Part shown: positions 1 to 9,000 of the stretch, one piece after another | How the letters are laid out: each line of letters starts with the position of its first letter | Numbering within the stretch: the stretch's first letter is position 1 | Virus record (IMG/VR): IMGVR_UViG_3300030376_002734 | Span: 1-41,478 of that record | DNA length: 41,478 nt | Strand: one strand, 5' to 3' | From: a virus | Lineage: Duplodnaviria; Caudoviricetes | Program-made: the position numbers and the translations under genes | Notes under the pieces: model-generated | Seen by the model: the letters and a program-made list of their open reading frames with translations, nothing else | Database searches by the model: none | What the model was told of the DNA's origin: nothing

Positions 1-233
1 TTGCTTAGTAATTCTAAGTCTTTTACGTCTGTAGAAGGATCTGCGGATGCAACTTGACCAGCGATAGCATACATGTTTTGAGCTTCGTTGACCATACGTC
101 CACGGAAGTGCTCAACTAGATACTCATCACTTGGACTAGAAGCGAAGAAACGACGAACGTTTGAGCGTGATGCATCAAACAATACTTTGTTTCCTTCCTT
201 GATCTTCTTTACGAAATCGGTTCCAGAAAGCAT
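1..233 (-). CDS. Partial CDS (runs off left edge); helical protein, possibly ferritin-like superfamily
   Basis: Not in ORF track. Manual translation from ATG at 233: MLSGTDFVKKIKEGNKVLFDASRSNVRRFFASSPSDEYLVEHFRGRMVNEAQNMYAIAGQVASADPSTDVKDLELLS..., open to the window edge and preceded by a late promoter. The ferritin-like call is recollection of similar cyanophage proteins; the ExxH motif would lie outside the window. Confidence 0.6.
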   Translation of the reverse strand, partial: MLSGTDFVKKIKEGNKVLFDASRSNVRRFFASSPSDEYLVEHFRGRMVNEAQNMYAIAGQVASADPSTDVKDLELLS

Positions 234-256
234 TTTTAATTTACCTATCTACGTTG

Positions 257-778
257 TTATTTAGTATAAATGAAAAAGTATCTTAGATGACCCTGTGAAA
301 CAGACTCTTCTTCAAACTTCTTCACGTTATATTTATACTGGTCTGCAATGGCATATATTTTCTCTTTAGTCCAAGGATACCACTGTATTCCTTGTATGTC
401 TGCTACGTCTGCCCAGTCATGTGGTATGCCAGGATTGACTCTAAAGATTGCTTCTTTTCTGAATAAAACATGTATCAATGACATTTGATTATCAATATTT
501 GCTTCGTCACCAAAGTTAATAGAACCTAAAGCAAGTACAATATCATATGATGGAGATGGATAAAAATCTTCTAATGAAGTCTTTATACATGCATTATCAT
601 TATATGGATCTATACCAGTAAGTCTTTTTATTTTACCTTTGAATCTATTATATCCACATCCAATATCTAAGACACTAGAAGGTGTCTGATCATTAACATA
701 ATTGACCAACTGATAGCCAGAATACTCAAGACGTTCAAAATTTTTGTCTTGCCATTTCCCATTAAAATAGGACTCCAC
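257..778 (-). CDS. Class I SAM-dependent methyltransferase
   Basis: Motif I VLDIGCG, acidic end of strand 2 (GIDP), YDIVLALGSINF motif. Confidence 0.85.
   Translation of the reverse strand: MESYFNGKWQDKNFERLEYSGYQLVNYVNDQTPSSVLDIGCGYNRFKGKIKRLTGIDPYNDNACIKTSLEDFYPSPSYDIVLALGSINFGDEANIDNQMSLIHVLFRKEAIFRVNPGIPHDWADVADIQGIQWYPWTKEKIYAIADQYKYNVKKFEEESVSQGHLRYFFIYTK
258..264 (-). promoter_or_regulatory. T4-type late promoter (CTAAATA)
   Basis: CTAAATA overlapping the methyltransferase stop, about 25 nt upstream of ATG 233. Confidence 0.6.
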
Positions 779-990
779 TATTTTTTCCGTGAAGTCCTAG
801 GTTTTGTTATCGGTGTTGGTTCAGGTACAGAAGCAGACTCAAATTCCTGAGGTTCTTGTGGTTGCTGTAGTGCCTGTATTTTATTGTTCAGAACTTGTAC
901 TGTTGCTTCTAGAGCAATGTTCTGAGCAGTCATTGCATTCAATCTATTTTGATAGATCTGTAATAATGCATTCACCTGTTCTTCATTCAT
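778..990 (-). CDS. Small coiled-coil hypothetical protein
   Basis: 70 aa, heptad-like N-terminal half (LLQIYQNRLNAMTAQNIALEATVQVLNNKIQAL); its stop overlaps the next start; late promoter upstream. Confidence 0.75.
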   Translation of the reverse strand: MNEEQVNALLQIYQNRLNAMTAQNIALEATVQVLNNKIQALQQPQEPQEFESASVPEPTPITKPRTSRKK

Positions 991-1019
991 AAGGGAGAAA
1001 TCAATTCTCCCTTATTTAG
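989..1019 (-). promoter_or_regulatory. Late promoter CTAAATA (1013-1019) overlapping an 11-bp hairpin that covers the SD and start codon
   Basis: ATAAGGGAGAA (989-999) and TTCTCCCTTAT (1005-1015) are exact reverse complements with a 5-nt loop. Confidence 0.7.
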
Positions 1020-1022
1020 TCA

Positions 1023-4000
1023 TCAGAATGTACCACCATCTATGCTTATATTCTCTAGTGAACGTGTAGTTCCAGAACAGGAAATTACCTGTGTAGTACC
1101 TGCACAATCATTCAAGAATAAAGATCCAACTTCCAATCCACCAGAAGTAGAGTTAGTTAGAACACCTGCACTTTCAGTGGCAACAGCAGAGAAGACAAAT
1201 CTTCCAGTGCTATCATCCCAGTACATTGCTGCTTTCTTAGCAGAACCACTGTAGTAGTTCATTATAACACCAACGTCCTTGTTGGTATCAGAACTAGGAG
1301 CAGATCCGTCTACAACTTGTAATTCAAGTAGTACGTCCTCAATGGTTGAGTTAACCGTATTGATTTGAGAAGTTGTACCGTTGACGGTGAGGTTTCCACT
1401 AACTGTTAGGTTACCACTTGTAGTTTGGTTACCAGTAACAGCAAGAGTAGAACCATCAAATGTTAGATTGTTACTATCCTCAAGAGCACCAGCAGAACCT
1501 GCAAGAACAACTCTGTTGTCTGTTAGATCACTAACTGTAGCAGAAGACATTGTTGTCTCAGCACCAGTAAATGTAGCACCATTATTGGATGTGATGTTAC
1601 CAGTTACAGCAAGAGTAGAACCGTTGAATGTAAGGTTACCACTGTCTTCTACTTCACCAGATGTACCAGCGAGTACAACACGACCAGATGTAAGATCTGA
1701 AATCTTAGCACTATCAGCAACTAAAGCATCAATGTTAGCAGTTCCATCTAAGTAGAGATCTTTGAACTCTAGTGAAGATGTACCTAAATCTCTTGCACCA
1801 TCAGTAGATGGAACAATATCACTATCAAATCTACCTGTAGCAGTAATAGTGTCAGAAGTAGCATTACCTAGATCTACATTACCATTTGCGGTAAGAGTTC
1901 CAGATGCAGTAACAGCACCAGTAACAGTAAGAGTTGAACCATCAAATGTTAGGTTACCACTGTCTTCTAGTTCTCCAGAAGTACCAGCAATAACAACTCT
2001 ATTGTCAGTTAGGTCTGATATTGCTGCTGAGTTAGCAACAAATCCACCAGCTACGTTAGCACCACCATTAGCGTCAATAGCACCAGTAAATGTTGATATA
2101 CCAGATACCTTGACAGTAGTAGCATCTAACTGTCCAGCAGTTGTAATACCAGAAACGTTGATTGCAGTAAAGTTAGCACCAGCACCACCTCCTAAGAAGT
2201 AGTTCTTCATGTTGGTGGCAGTTATCTTACGGTTTGTACCGTTTGCACCATCGTCAAAGACGAAAAGGTCAGCATCAACAACTGTTGTACTTGCTGTAGC
2301 ACCATCAATATCAACTGCAGCAAGTGGAAGAGTTCCAGCAGTAGCACCAGCAACTGAACCGTTGAAGGAGCCTGTTGCGAGAGTTAGTCCAGCAGCAGCG
2401 AATGTTGAATGAGTAGATCCATCAATTGTAACTACTGCAGTTCCAGTACCACTGTCACTAACTGCGATGTTAGTGTTGGCTTGTGCAATAGTTGTTTGGT
2501 CAATTGCTGTAGTAGAAGTATTTGTAATTCTACCTTTAGCATCAATAGTTAATATTGGAATTGCAGTAGATGATCCAACTGTTCCAGCAGATACACCTGA
2601 CGCTGCAAGAGTAATTGCTCCACTATCACTAGCAGTAGCATCACCAGATGCAGAAGACCAGATATACTTCTTGACTCTACTAGCAGCAGTCTTTCTATTA
2701 GTACCACCTGCACCGTCATCAACGATCATCAAGTCAGCATCAACAATGTCAGCACCTATATCGGTACCACCATCTAAATCAAGAGCACTTAGTTGAACCT
2801 TATTAGCATTGTCAATAGTACCAACATAGGTATCATTGATTGCTGTACCTTGCCAAACACCAGTAGCAATAGTTCCTAATGTTGTCAATGAACTGTTTAC
2901 AACACTTGATCCAAGAGTAGTAGAACTCAAGATAGAAGTATTGTTATGCTTCAATACCTTACCTGATGCAAGGTTGATGTTTTCAGAAGATCCCCAGTTG
3001 TCTCCAGTTGCTTCAAAGTTCCAAGTCTTATCTCCGTCTCCAGAGTCAACTGTTAAACCTGCTCCGTTTGCAGCAGCATCGTCAGCAGCACCAGTTGCTA
3101 CTTGGAAGTTTTTATCATCTATAGCAACTGTTGTGGAATTAATGGTAGTTGTCGTACCATTTACAGTCAAGTTTCCACTAACAACTACATGGTCATCTAT
3201 AGTTGTAGTACCACCTGCTGAGTCAATTGTTAGGTTGCCAGAAGCAGTATCAATCTCATTATCACCAGTTACACCTATTTGAATATTGTCAATAGATGCA
3301 CCACCGTTAGCATCCAGTAGTCCAGTAACCGTAGCAATACCAGCTACAGTAAGGTTACCTGCTGTTTTCAGAGATGCTATATTAACAACATTACCTAGTG
3401 ACTTCCATGCAATAGTTTCAATAGTATCACCTACAGTAGCACCAGGTGCTGCCAAGGTAACTGTGTTTCCATCAGTCTCAGTAAAGTCATTACCAGAGAT
3501 TAGTTTTACACCATTATGAAATACTTCAATGAATCCGTTGGTATAACCAGCAGAAACTGTAACAGCAGTTTGACCTTGAGTTGCAGTTGTTGTCTGTGAT
3601 GTAGCAAATGTAGTAGCAGCAATACCAGTAAGTGCAATGTCTGCAACTCCACCTGATACTGTGTAAGTATCTACACCAGATCCAGTAAATTTGAATGCAG
3701 TAACAAGACCAGCATGACCTGTATTCTTGATAGCACCAACTTGTGCTATAACACCACCATCAGAATTTCTTGGTGGGTTTGCTAATGTTAATTGCCCTGC
3801 AATATCATGTGCAGAACCGTTTATATCTAAGTTTCCACCTACAGTTGCGTTACCTGAGACTGTAGCAGCACCTGTAACACCAAGAGTAGAACCATCAAAT
3901 GTTAAGTTACCACTGTCTTCAAGAGCACCTGAAGTACCAGCTATAACAACTCTGTTGTCTGTTAGATCAGATACAATAGCAGATGCTAGAGTTGTTTCTC

Positions 4001-5063
4001 CAGTAACACCTAATGTACCAGCAACAGTAGCGTTTATATCAACATCTAGTGTGTCGATATGAGCAGTACCATCAATATATAAGTCTTTATATTCTAGATC
4101 TGATGTACCTAAGTCAACAGCACCGTCAGTTGCAGGTACAAGAGCAGCATCAAATCTACCTGTTGGAGTGATTGTATCAGATGTTGCATTACCTAGATCT
4201 ACGTTACCGTTAGCAACAAATGCACCGTTAGCAGTAACAGTTCCAGAGGCAGTAAGAGCACCTGTTAGTCCTAGTGTAGAACCATCAAATGTTAGGTTAC
4301 CACTGTCTTCAAGAGCACCTGAAGTACCAGCTATAACAACACGGTTATCAGTCAGATCACTAACTGTAGCAGATGAAAGAACTGTTTCACCACCAGCTAT
4401 GTTTGCACCACCGTCTGCGTCTATAGCACCATTGATGTCAACTATTCCAGTAAATGTAGATATACCAGAAACTTTTAATGTAGTAGCATCAGTTTGACCA
4501 GAAGTCGTAATACCTGATACATTGATACTATTGAAGTTAGCACCTGCACCACCACCAAGGAAGTAATCCTTTAGAACTGTAGCAGTTACTTTTCTATTTG
4601 TACCATTAGCACCGTCATCAATAACCAATAGGTCAGCATCAGCAACTGTAGTAGTTGCGGTTGCACCATCAATATCTACTGATGATAAAGGTACTACACC
4701 AGCCTGTATTCCAGCACCAGAGTCCCATGATAGGTTACCACTAGCATCAGATTTCAAGAATCCGTGGTTTACAGCAGCACCTGGTAAAGTATATGTTACA
4801 TCTGAGGTAACACTTCCTGGTGCTTTTAGAGTTAGTTTATTTGATCCGTTATTACTACCTTCAACTAGGTTAACTCCAGAACCAGCTGTAGTAGTTTCTC
4901 TTGTCCAATATCTATGGGAACCGATAAGTTTATTAGCACCTGTTGTGGAGTCTATACCCACATACAAGTCAAACTTATCCACCGTCAGTGCAGGTTCACC
5001 TGCTTGCAGTCCAGGGAGGTTTGAAAAATTACCTCTCTTAAACTGTAGAATGGGGGATGCCAT
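1023..5063 (-). CDS. Long tail fibre / tail-associated protein with internal repeats
   Basis: 1346 aa, G/T/S/A/D rich; N-terminal LQFKRG...LQAGEPAL...DLYVG typical of cyanophage fibres; GNLTVNGTT motifs; five SDLTDNRVVIAGTSGALEDSGNLTFDGSTL-type repeats; ends IDGGTF. Confidence 0.85.
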   Translation of the reverse strand: MASPILQFKRGNFSNLPGLQAGEPALTVDKFDLYVGIDSTTGANKLIGSHRYWTRETTTAGSGVNLVEGSNNGSNKLTLKAPGSVTSDVTYTLPGAAVNHGFLKSDASGNLSWDSGAGIQAGVVPLSSVDIDGATATTTVADADLLVIDDGANGTNRKVTATVLKDYFLGGGAGANFNSINVSGITTSGQTDATTLKVSGISTFTGIVDINGAIDADGGANIAGGETVLSSATVSDLTDNRVVIAGTSGALEDSGNLTFDGSTLGLTGALTASGTVTANGAFVANGNVDLGNATSDTITPTGRFDAALVPATDGAVDLGTSDLEYKDLYIDGTAHIDTLDVDINATVAGTLGVTGETTLASAIVSDLTDNRVVIAGTSGALEDSGNLTFDGSTLGVTGAATVSGNATVGGNLDINGSAHDIAGQLTLANPPRNSDGGVIAQVGAIKNTGHAGLVTAFKFTGSGVDTYTVSGGVADIALTGIAATTFATSQTTTATQGQTAVTVSAGYTNGFIEVFHNGVKLISGNDFTETDGNTVTLAAPGATVGDTIETIAWKSLGNVVNIASLKTAGNLTVAGIATVTGLLDANGGASIDNIQIGVTGDNEIDTASGNLTIDSAGGTTTIDDHVVVSGNLTVNGTTTTINSTTVAIDDKNFQVATGAADDAAANGAGLTVDSGDGDKTWNFEATGDNWGSSENINLASGKVLKHNNTSILSSTTLGSSVVNSSLTTLGTIATGVWQGTAINDTYVGTIDNANKVQLSALDLDGGTDIGADIVDADLMIVDDGAGGTNRKTAASRVKKYIWSSASGDATASDSGAITLAASGVSAGTVGSSTAIPILTIDAKGRITNTSTTAIDQTTIAQANTNIAVSDSGTGTAVVTIDGSTHSTFAAAGLTLATGSFNGSVAGATAGTLPLAAVDIDGATASTTVVDADLFVFDDGANGTNRKITATNMKNYFLGGGAGANFTAINVSGITTAGQLDATTVKVSGISTFTGAIDANGGANVAGGFVANSAAISDLTDNRVVIAGTSGELEDSGNLTFDGSTLTVTGAVTASGTLTANGNVDLGNATSDTITATGRFDSDIVPSTDGARDLGTSSLEFKDLYLDGTANIDALVADSAKISDLTSGRVVLAGTSGEVEDSGNLTFNGSTLAVTGNITSNNGATFTGAETTMSSATVSDLTDNRVVLAGSAGALEDSNNLTFDGSTLAVTGNQTTSGNLTVSGNLTVNGTTSQINTVNSTIEDVLLELQVVDGSAPSSDTNKDVGVIMNYYSGSAKKAAMYWDDSTGRFVFSAVATESAGVLTNSTSGGLEVGSLFLNDCAGTTQVISCSGTTRSLENISIDGGTF
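3886..4340. repeat. Near-identical 65-bp direct repeat in the fibre gene (3886-3950 and 4276-4340)
   Basis: GTAGAACCATCAAATGTTA(A/G)GTTACCACTGTCTTCAAGAGCACCTGAAGTACCAGCTATAACAAC; one mismatch, 390 bp apart. Confidence 0.9.
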
Positions 5064-5102
5064 CTATAAGTTTTTTGTATTGTTTACGCACCTTCGCATC
5101 TT

Positions 5103-5135
5103 CGGTATATACCGTAAGTAACTGTATATACAGTT
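5103..5135. promoter_or_regulatory. Twin palindromes with GTATATAC core in the fibre gene leader
   Basis: CGGTATATACCG (5103-5114) and AACTGTATATACAGTT (5120-5135), both perfect palindromes. Confidence 0.6.
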
Positions 5136-5140
5136 GAAAA

Positions 5141-5148
5141 TATTTATA
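5141..5148 (-). promoter_or_regulatory. T4 late promoter TATAAATA
   Basis: Exact gp55 consensus in the intergenic region upstream of the fibre gene. Confidence 0.85.
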
Positions 5149-5150
5149 TC

Positions 5151-5528
5151 TTAAAAAGTTCCACCATCTAAATCTATCTTGTCATCTAATGCTTGATCTA
5201 GGTAATCTATTGTGTCTGATGATAATCCAGTAGTTGCAGGTGCACCACCAGGTACGGTGTTTGCTCCAACTGCAGCATCTACTACTTCATCTGGATTTAC
5301 AAATTTGAATGTTGCACTGGGTTCATCGTACACTAATACCCATCTATTCTGGGCACCATCAGTACTAATATCACCGAGTTCGGATAAGTTTCGTGCCACG
5401 CCTCCTCCAGCTCCTCCACCAGCTAATTTGATTGAAAAACTACCTCCACCAGAAGTACCAAGAATGCCTGTTGATGACAATCTAACGGTTTTGTTAGAAC
5501 CACTCTGTAGAGATACCTTGTATGCCAT
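5151..5528 (-). CDS. Small virion-associated hypothetical protein
   Basis: 125 aa; Gly-rich linker, LSELGDI...VLVYD...FKF motif seen in phage tail proteins, C-terminal LDGGTF. Confidence 0.7.
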   Translation of the reverse strand: MAYKVSLQSGSNKTVRLSSTGILGTSGGGSFSIKLAGGGAGGGVARNLSELGDISTDGAQNRWVLVYDEPSATFKFVNPDEVVDAAVGANTVPGGAPATTGLSSDTIDYLDQALDDKIDLDGGTF

Positions 5529-5866
5529 TATGATATTGTAGGATTGATTAGTGCTTGACCACTAATGACTTTCTCTTTCTTACCATTAATATCATTAGTG
5601 ATAAGAATATCATAATTATATCTGCCAACTGTAGCTATACCTGTCTGAACATCAGTTAATGAGATAGTAATCTCACCGTCAGCAGGTGTGCCACCAAACG
5701 TCGCTCCAAAAGCAACATGACCATACGCAGTATAATGCTTACGCATCTTTGCAGTTATGCTATGGTTAGTTAAATTAAGTGCTGTTCCGTCGGATTGAGT
5801 AACATTATATGTTGCCTCAAAATCAGTCCCTGCCTCAATTTCGATATTGACTCTTGGAACTGCCAT
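5528..5866 (-). CDS. Conserved cyanophage structural-module protein (beta-sandwich-like)
   Basis: NIEIEAGTDF...LNLTNHS...AKMRKH...GEITISLT...GRYNYDI pattern; TAATG-coupled to next gene. Confidence 0.7.
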   Translation of the reverse strand: MAVPRVNIEIEAGTDFEATYNVTQSDGTALNLTNHSITAKMRKHYTAYGHVAFGATFGGTPADGEITISLTDVQTGIATVGRYNYDILITNDINGKKEKVISGQALINPTIS

Positions 5867-5887
5867 AATTATTCTACTATACTATAT

Positions 5888-6079
5888 CTATTTATTGAGA
5901 AGTAATGCTTTTAGTTCATCTATCTCAGATCTTAATCTATCTAATTCATTTTTTGTATCTAATCTAGAATCCCTATCCCTAACATATCTCTCATAAGCAA
6001 TAGTATCTGTATTTACTATTGCTGTTGTTGAGAGATCTCTTACAAGATTTTTATGATCTTCTACTTTTGCTTTTCTCAT
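5888..6079 (-). CDS. Conserved small protein downstream of the VrlC-like gene
   Basis: KVEDHKNLVRD...AIVNTD plus C-terminal coiled coil; TAATG-coupled to upstream gene. Confidence 0.75.
   Translation of the reverse strand: MRKAKVEDHKNLVRDLSTTAIVNTDTIAYERYVRDRDSRLDTKNELDRLRSEIDELKALLLNK
5889..5895 (-). promoter_or_regulatory. Late promoter ATAAATA
   Basis: Overlaps stop of the 63-aa ORF, about 23 nt upstream of ATG 5866. Confidence 0.6.
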
Positions 6080-9000
6080 TATGCCACCGCTATTGCTCTG
6101 AAGTCTAATAGTTCAGGATCTTCTGCTTGGTTAGTAGAAGAAATAACAACCTTGACTTGGAATCCAGTGAACTGTGGTAGATCATCTATTGAATACTCAT
6201 ATTCAATGAATTGATCTTCGAGACTTGCACTGATCTTTCTATCTGCTTGACCATTATTATTAGCAGCAGCAATAACATTGCCACTCGAATCAAGGTTTTC
6301 GTAGCCAGGGAATAATTCAAATACCTTATCAAGTTCGTCAGTATCAGATCTTTGGAGTCTATAAAGAACTCTTATGTCTGCAGCTGCAGGTCTATATGCA
6401 CCAAATAGAACTTTCAATGATGTTGCAGGGTTCTCTAGATTAATAACCTTAGTTAGATAAAGGTTATTATGTGGGTCATCTAAAGTGTTAACTCTACTGT
6501 CAGTTGAGTAGTTTGATATAGGTGAGTTGATTCTAGATGATGAAGTTAGAACAGAACTCTTGAATACATCAACAACAGGTGATACATTCTCATCGTCTGT
6601 ACTGAATACCATATCAAATGTAAATGATTTAGATCCAGGTAATGCAGTCATCTGTGCATCTTCATTGACTTTAGATGCAACCAATCTAGGTTCTGGGAAT
6701 GTAGTCTCCCCAATCAATGAAACAGGGTTGTAACCTTTATCTGCGAAGGAAGTTTCACTACCATTTACACTTGTAGCAGCAGTGGTTCTTACTGTTGCTT
6801 CTATAGCAGTTCCTTCTGGTAAACTATGTGCGATGTTAGGTTCTAAAGTCTCAAACTGTATATTTGTAGATGCTCTACCTCTATCACCACCACCATTCTT
6901 ATCCTTAGTAAACACTGTAGAACCAGTAAGTTTCACAACATAAGAATCAAGTGTTATGTTGTCTTGTATGCTAGATGTAGCATTGGTCAATTGATGTTCT
7001 GCATTGATCTTACGAAGAGATACACCTGATAGTTCATATTTCTGAACTGGAGCATCTATTTCATGTGTCTTAGCAAATGAATCATCAACACCTCTAGTGA
7101 TTGTACCAGTTAGTTGGTTATTTCCAATAGTAGTGTATTTGATTATTTCATCTCCAATAAGAGCATAACCAGGATTACTTGCTGATACTTGAGCACCTTC
7201 AAACCAGTTGAATCCAGTACTACTTCCTACACTTACTGCAGTTGTAACACTCTGAGCATATCCAACAGTTAGTTTAGTTGGTACACTATCACCAGTAATG
7301 TTATCAATATCAACTCTGTTACTGATGGAATGGTTTCCATGATTAGGATGAGTTACTCTGAAATGTAATCCATCATATTGATCCGTGTTTGTTACAACTG
7401 TGCTAGGTTTGATACTAGGAAGTGTAGTCCCATCAGATATAATTGTATTTGTAGTATCAAAAGTACCCTTACAGTTAGTAAGAATAAGTGAATTAGCTGC
7501 TGTAGTAACACCAACAGTTACAACTAAATTCTGTCCAAGACCCTTCGATCCAAGTGCAGCAGTAAGTGTGTCACCAATCTGATAACCAGTACCAGTATTA
7601 TAACCTTTGACTGTAGCACCAGTAATAGCACCTGCAGCAACAGTAACAACACCCACAGCACCAGAACCACTACCTGTAGAGGTTACAAAGTTTACTGTAC
7701 TATAAGTACCATTTTCATATCCACTACCAGCATTTGTGACTGATAATGTATTTGCAGCCTGTCCAAGATGTGATAACTTATCAGCAACAACACCACGAGC
7801 AGAAGCGTTAGAAGTCTGTGTAATTACAGAACCAACATCAGCACCTGTAACTGCGATAGAAGAAGTTAAACCTACAGTTACTCTCTTAGCATATGTCTCA
7901 ATTGGGTTCTCAGGTAAGTCATTTCTAGAATCAAAGTTATTCAACTGAGGATTATACATCCTAAGTGTGCCAGGATCAAGTACAAATTTTGCCTTATGTG
8001 AAACATACTTCATATCCTCCAACTGTGATGGAGTCCATGTTCCAGCAGTCTGACCTTTGAATAGAGATCCAATAGTAGGTTGTTTAGTAACAATAACCTT
8101 ACCTAACTCAGATTCAGTTGATGTAGTAATATCTGCTTCACCAATTTGACAGATCCATTGGTTATATTCAGATGTTGCAGTGGCAGTAACAAATGCATAT
8201 TCACCTGTTGGTAAGTATATTGGTGATTTGAATGTGAATTTAGTTGGTACAGATGCATCTTCTGATACATTGACCTGATCAGGGTCTAATATTACTAGTC
8301 CATTCTTTACTACGTTCCTTGATGGATATCCATTGACAACATCCACAACAGTTAATTGTAGTGGTATTGTTTCTGACCTACTCTGGAAGAACATATCAAC
8401 TGATGTCATAAAGATACCAGGTGATTCTTCTACTTGGAATGTCTGTGCTAATGGGTCATCATCATTTTCAAACTGACTAAGAACTGGTTGGATGATAGTA
8501 ACTGTTCTATCAATGATATTGGTTATTTCAATAATAACTGGAGGTGGTATAACTGGTGGAGCAGGTTCTACTCTCTCAAGACTTGTCTCGGTAATAAGTG
8601 TTCCTTCCGAAAAATGATCAGTAGCAGCACGAGAGAAGTTTAGAGCAGGTACTTGATCAGATGGTAATAAACTTGTCAATAGAGCAGTGTTAGTACCGTT
8701 CTTAACAAAATTAGGTGGAAGATAATACGAACCAATAACAGCACCGAAGTCATCAGTAATCAATCTTATTTGACTTATCTCTGCTTCTGCACCACTAGTC
8801 TCACCAACCAATTTCATACCAACAGTAACAAATCCAAAGAAGTTAGCATCTGATTTTTGAGAAAGTGAAGCAGTATCAATGTTTAGAACTGTTGTAGTTT
8901 CTGAATATGAGGATGATAATCCAACATTAGGAGTATATGGGTTGTTTGGATATACAATCGTTGGACTAGCAAAAGGACCATCTTTGTGGTTTGGTGCTGC

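Noticed and set aside
3886-4340. Diversity-generating retroelement TR/VR pair
   Set aside because: Both copies are in-frame and internal, differ at one site, and no reverse transcriptase is in the window.
5118-5131. NtcA box GTA-N8-TAC
   Set aside because: Likely by-product of the GTATATAC palindrome; lies downstream of a late promoter for a structural gene.
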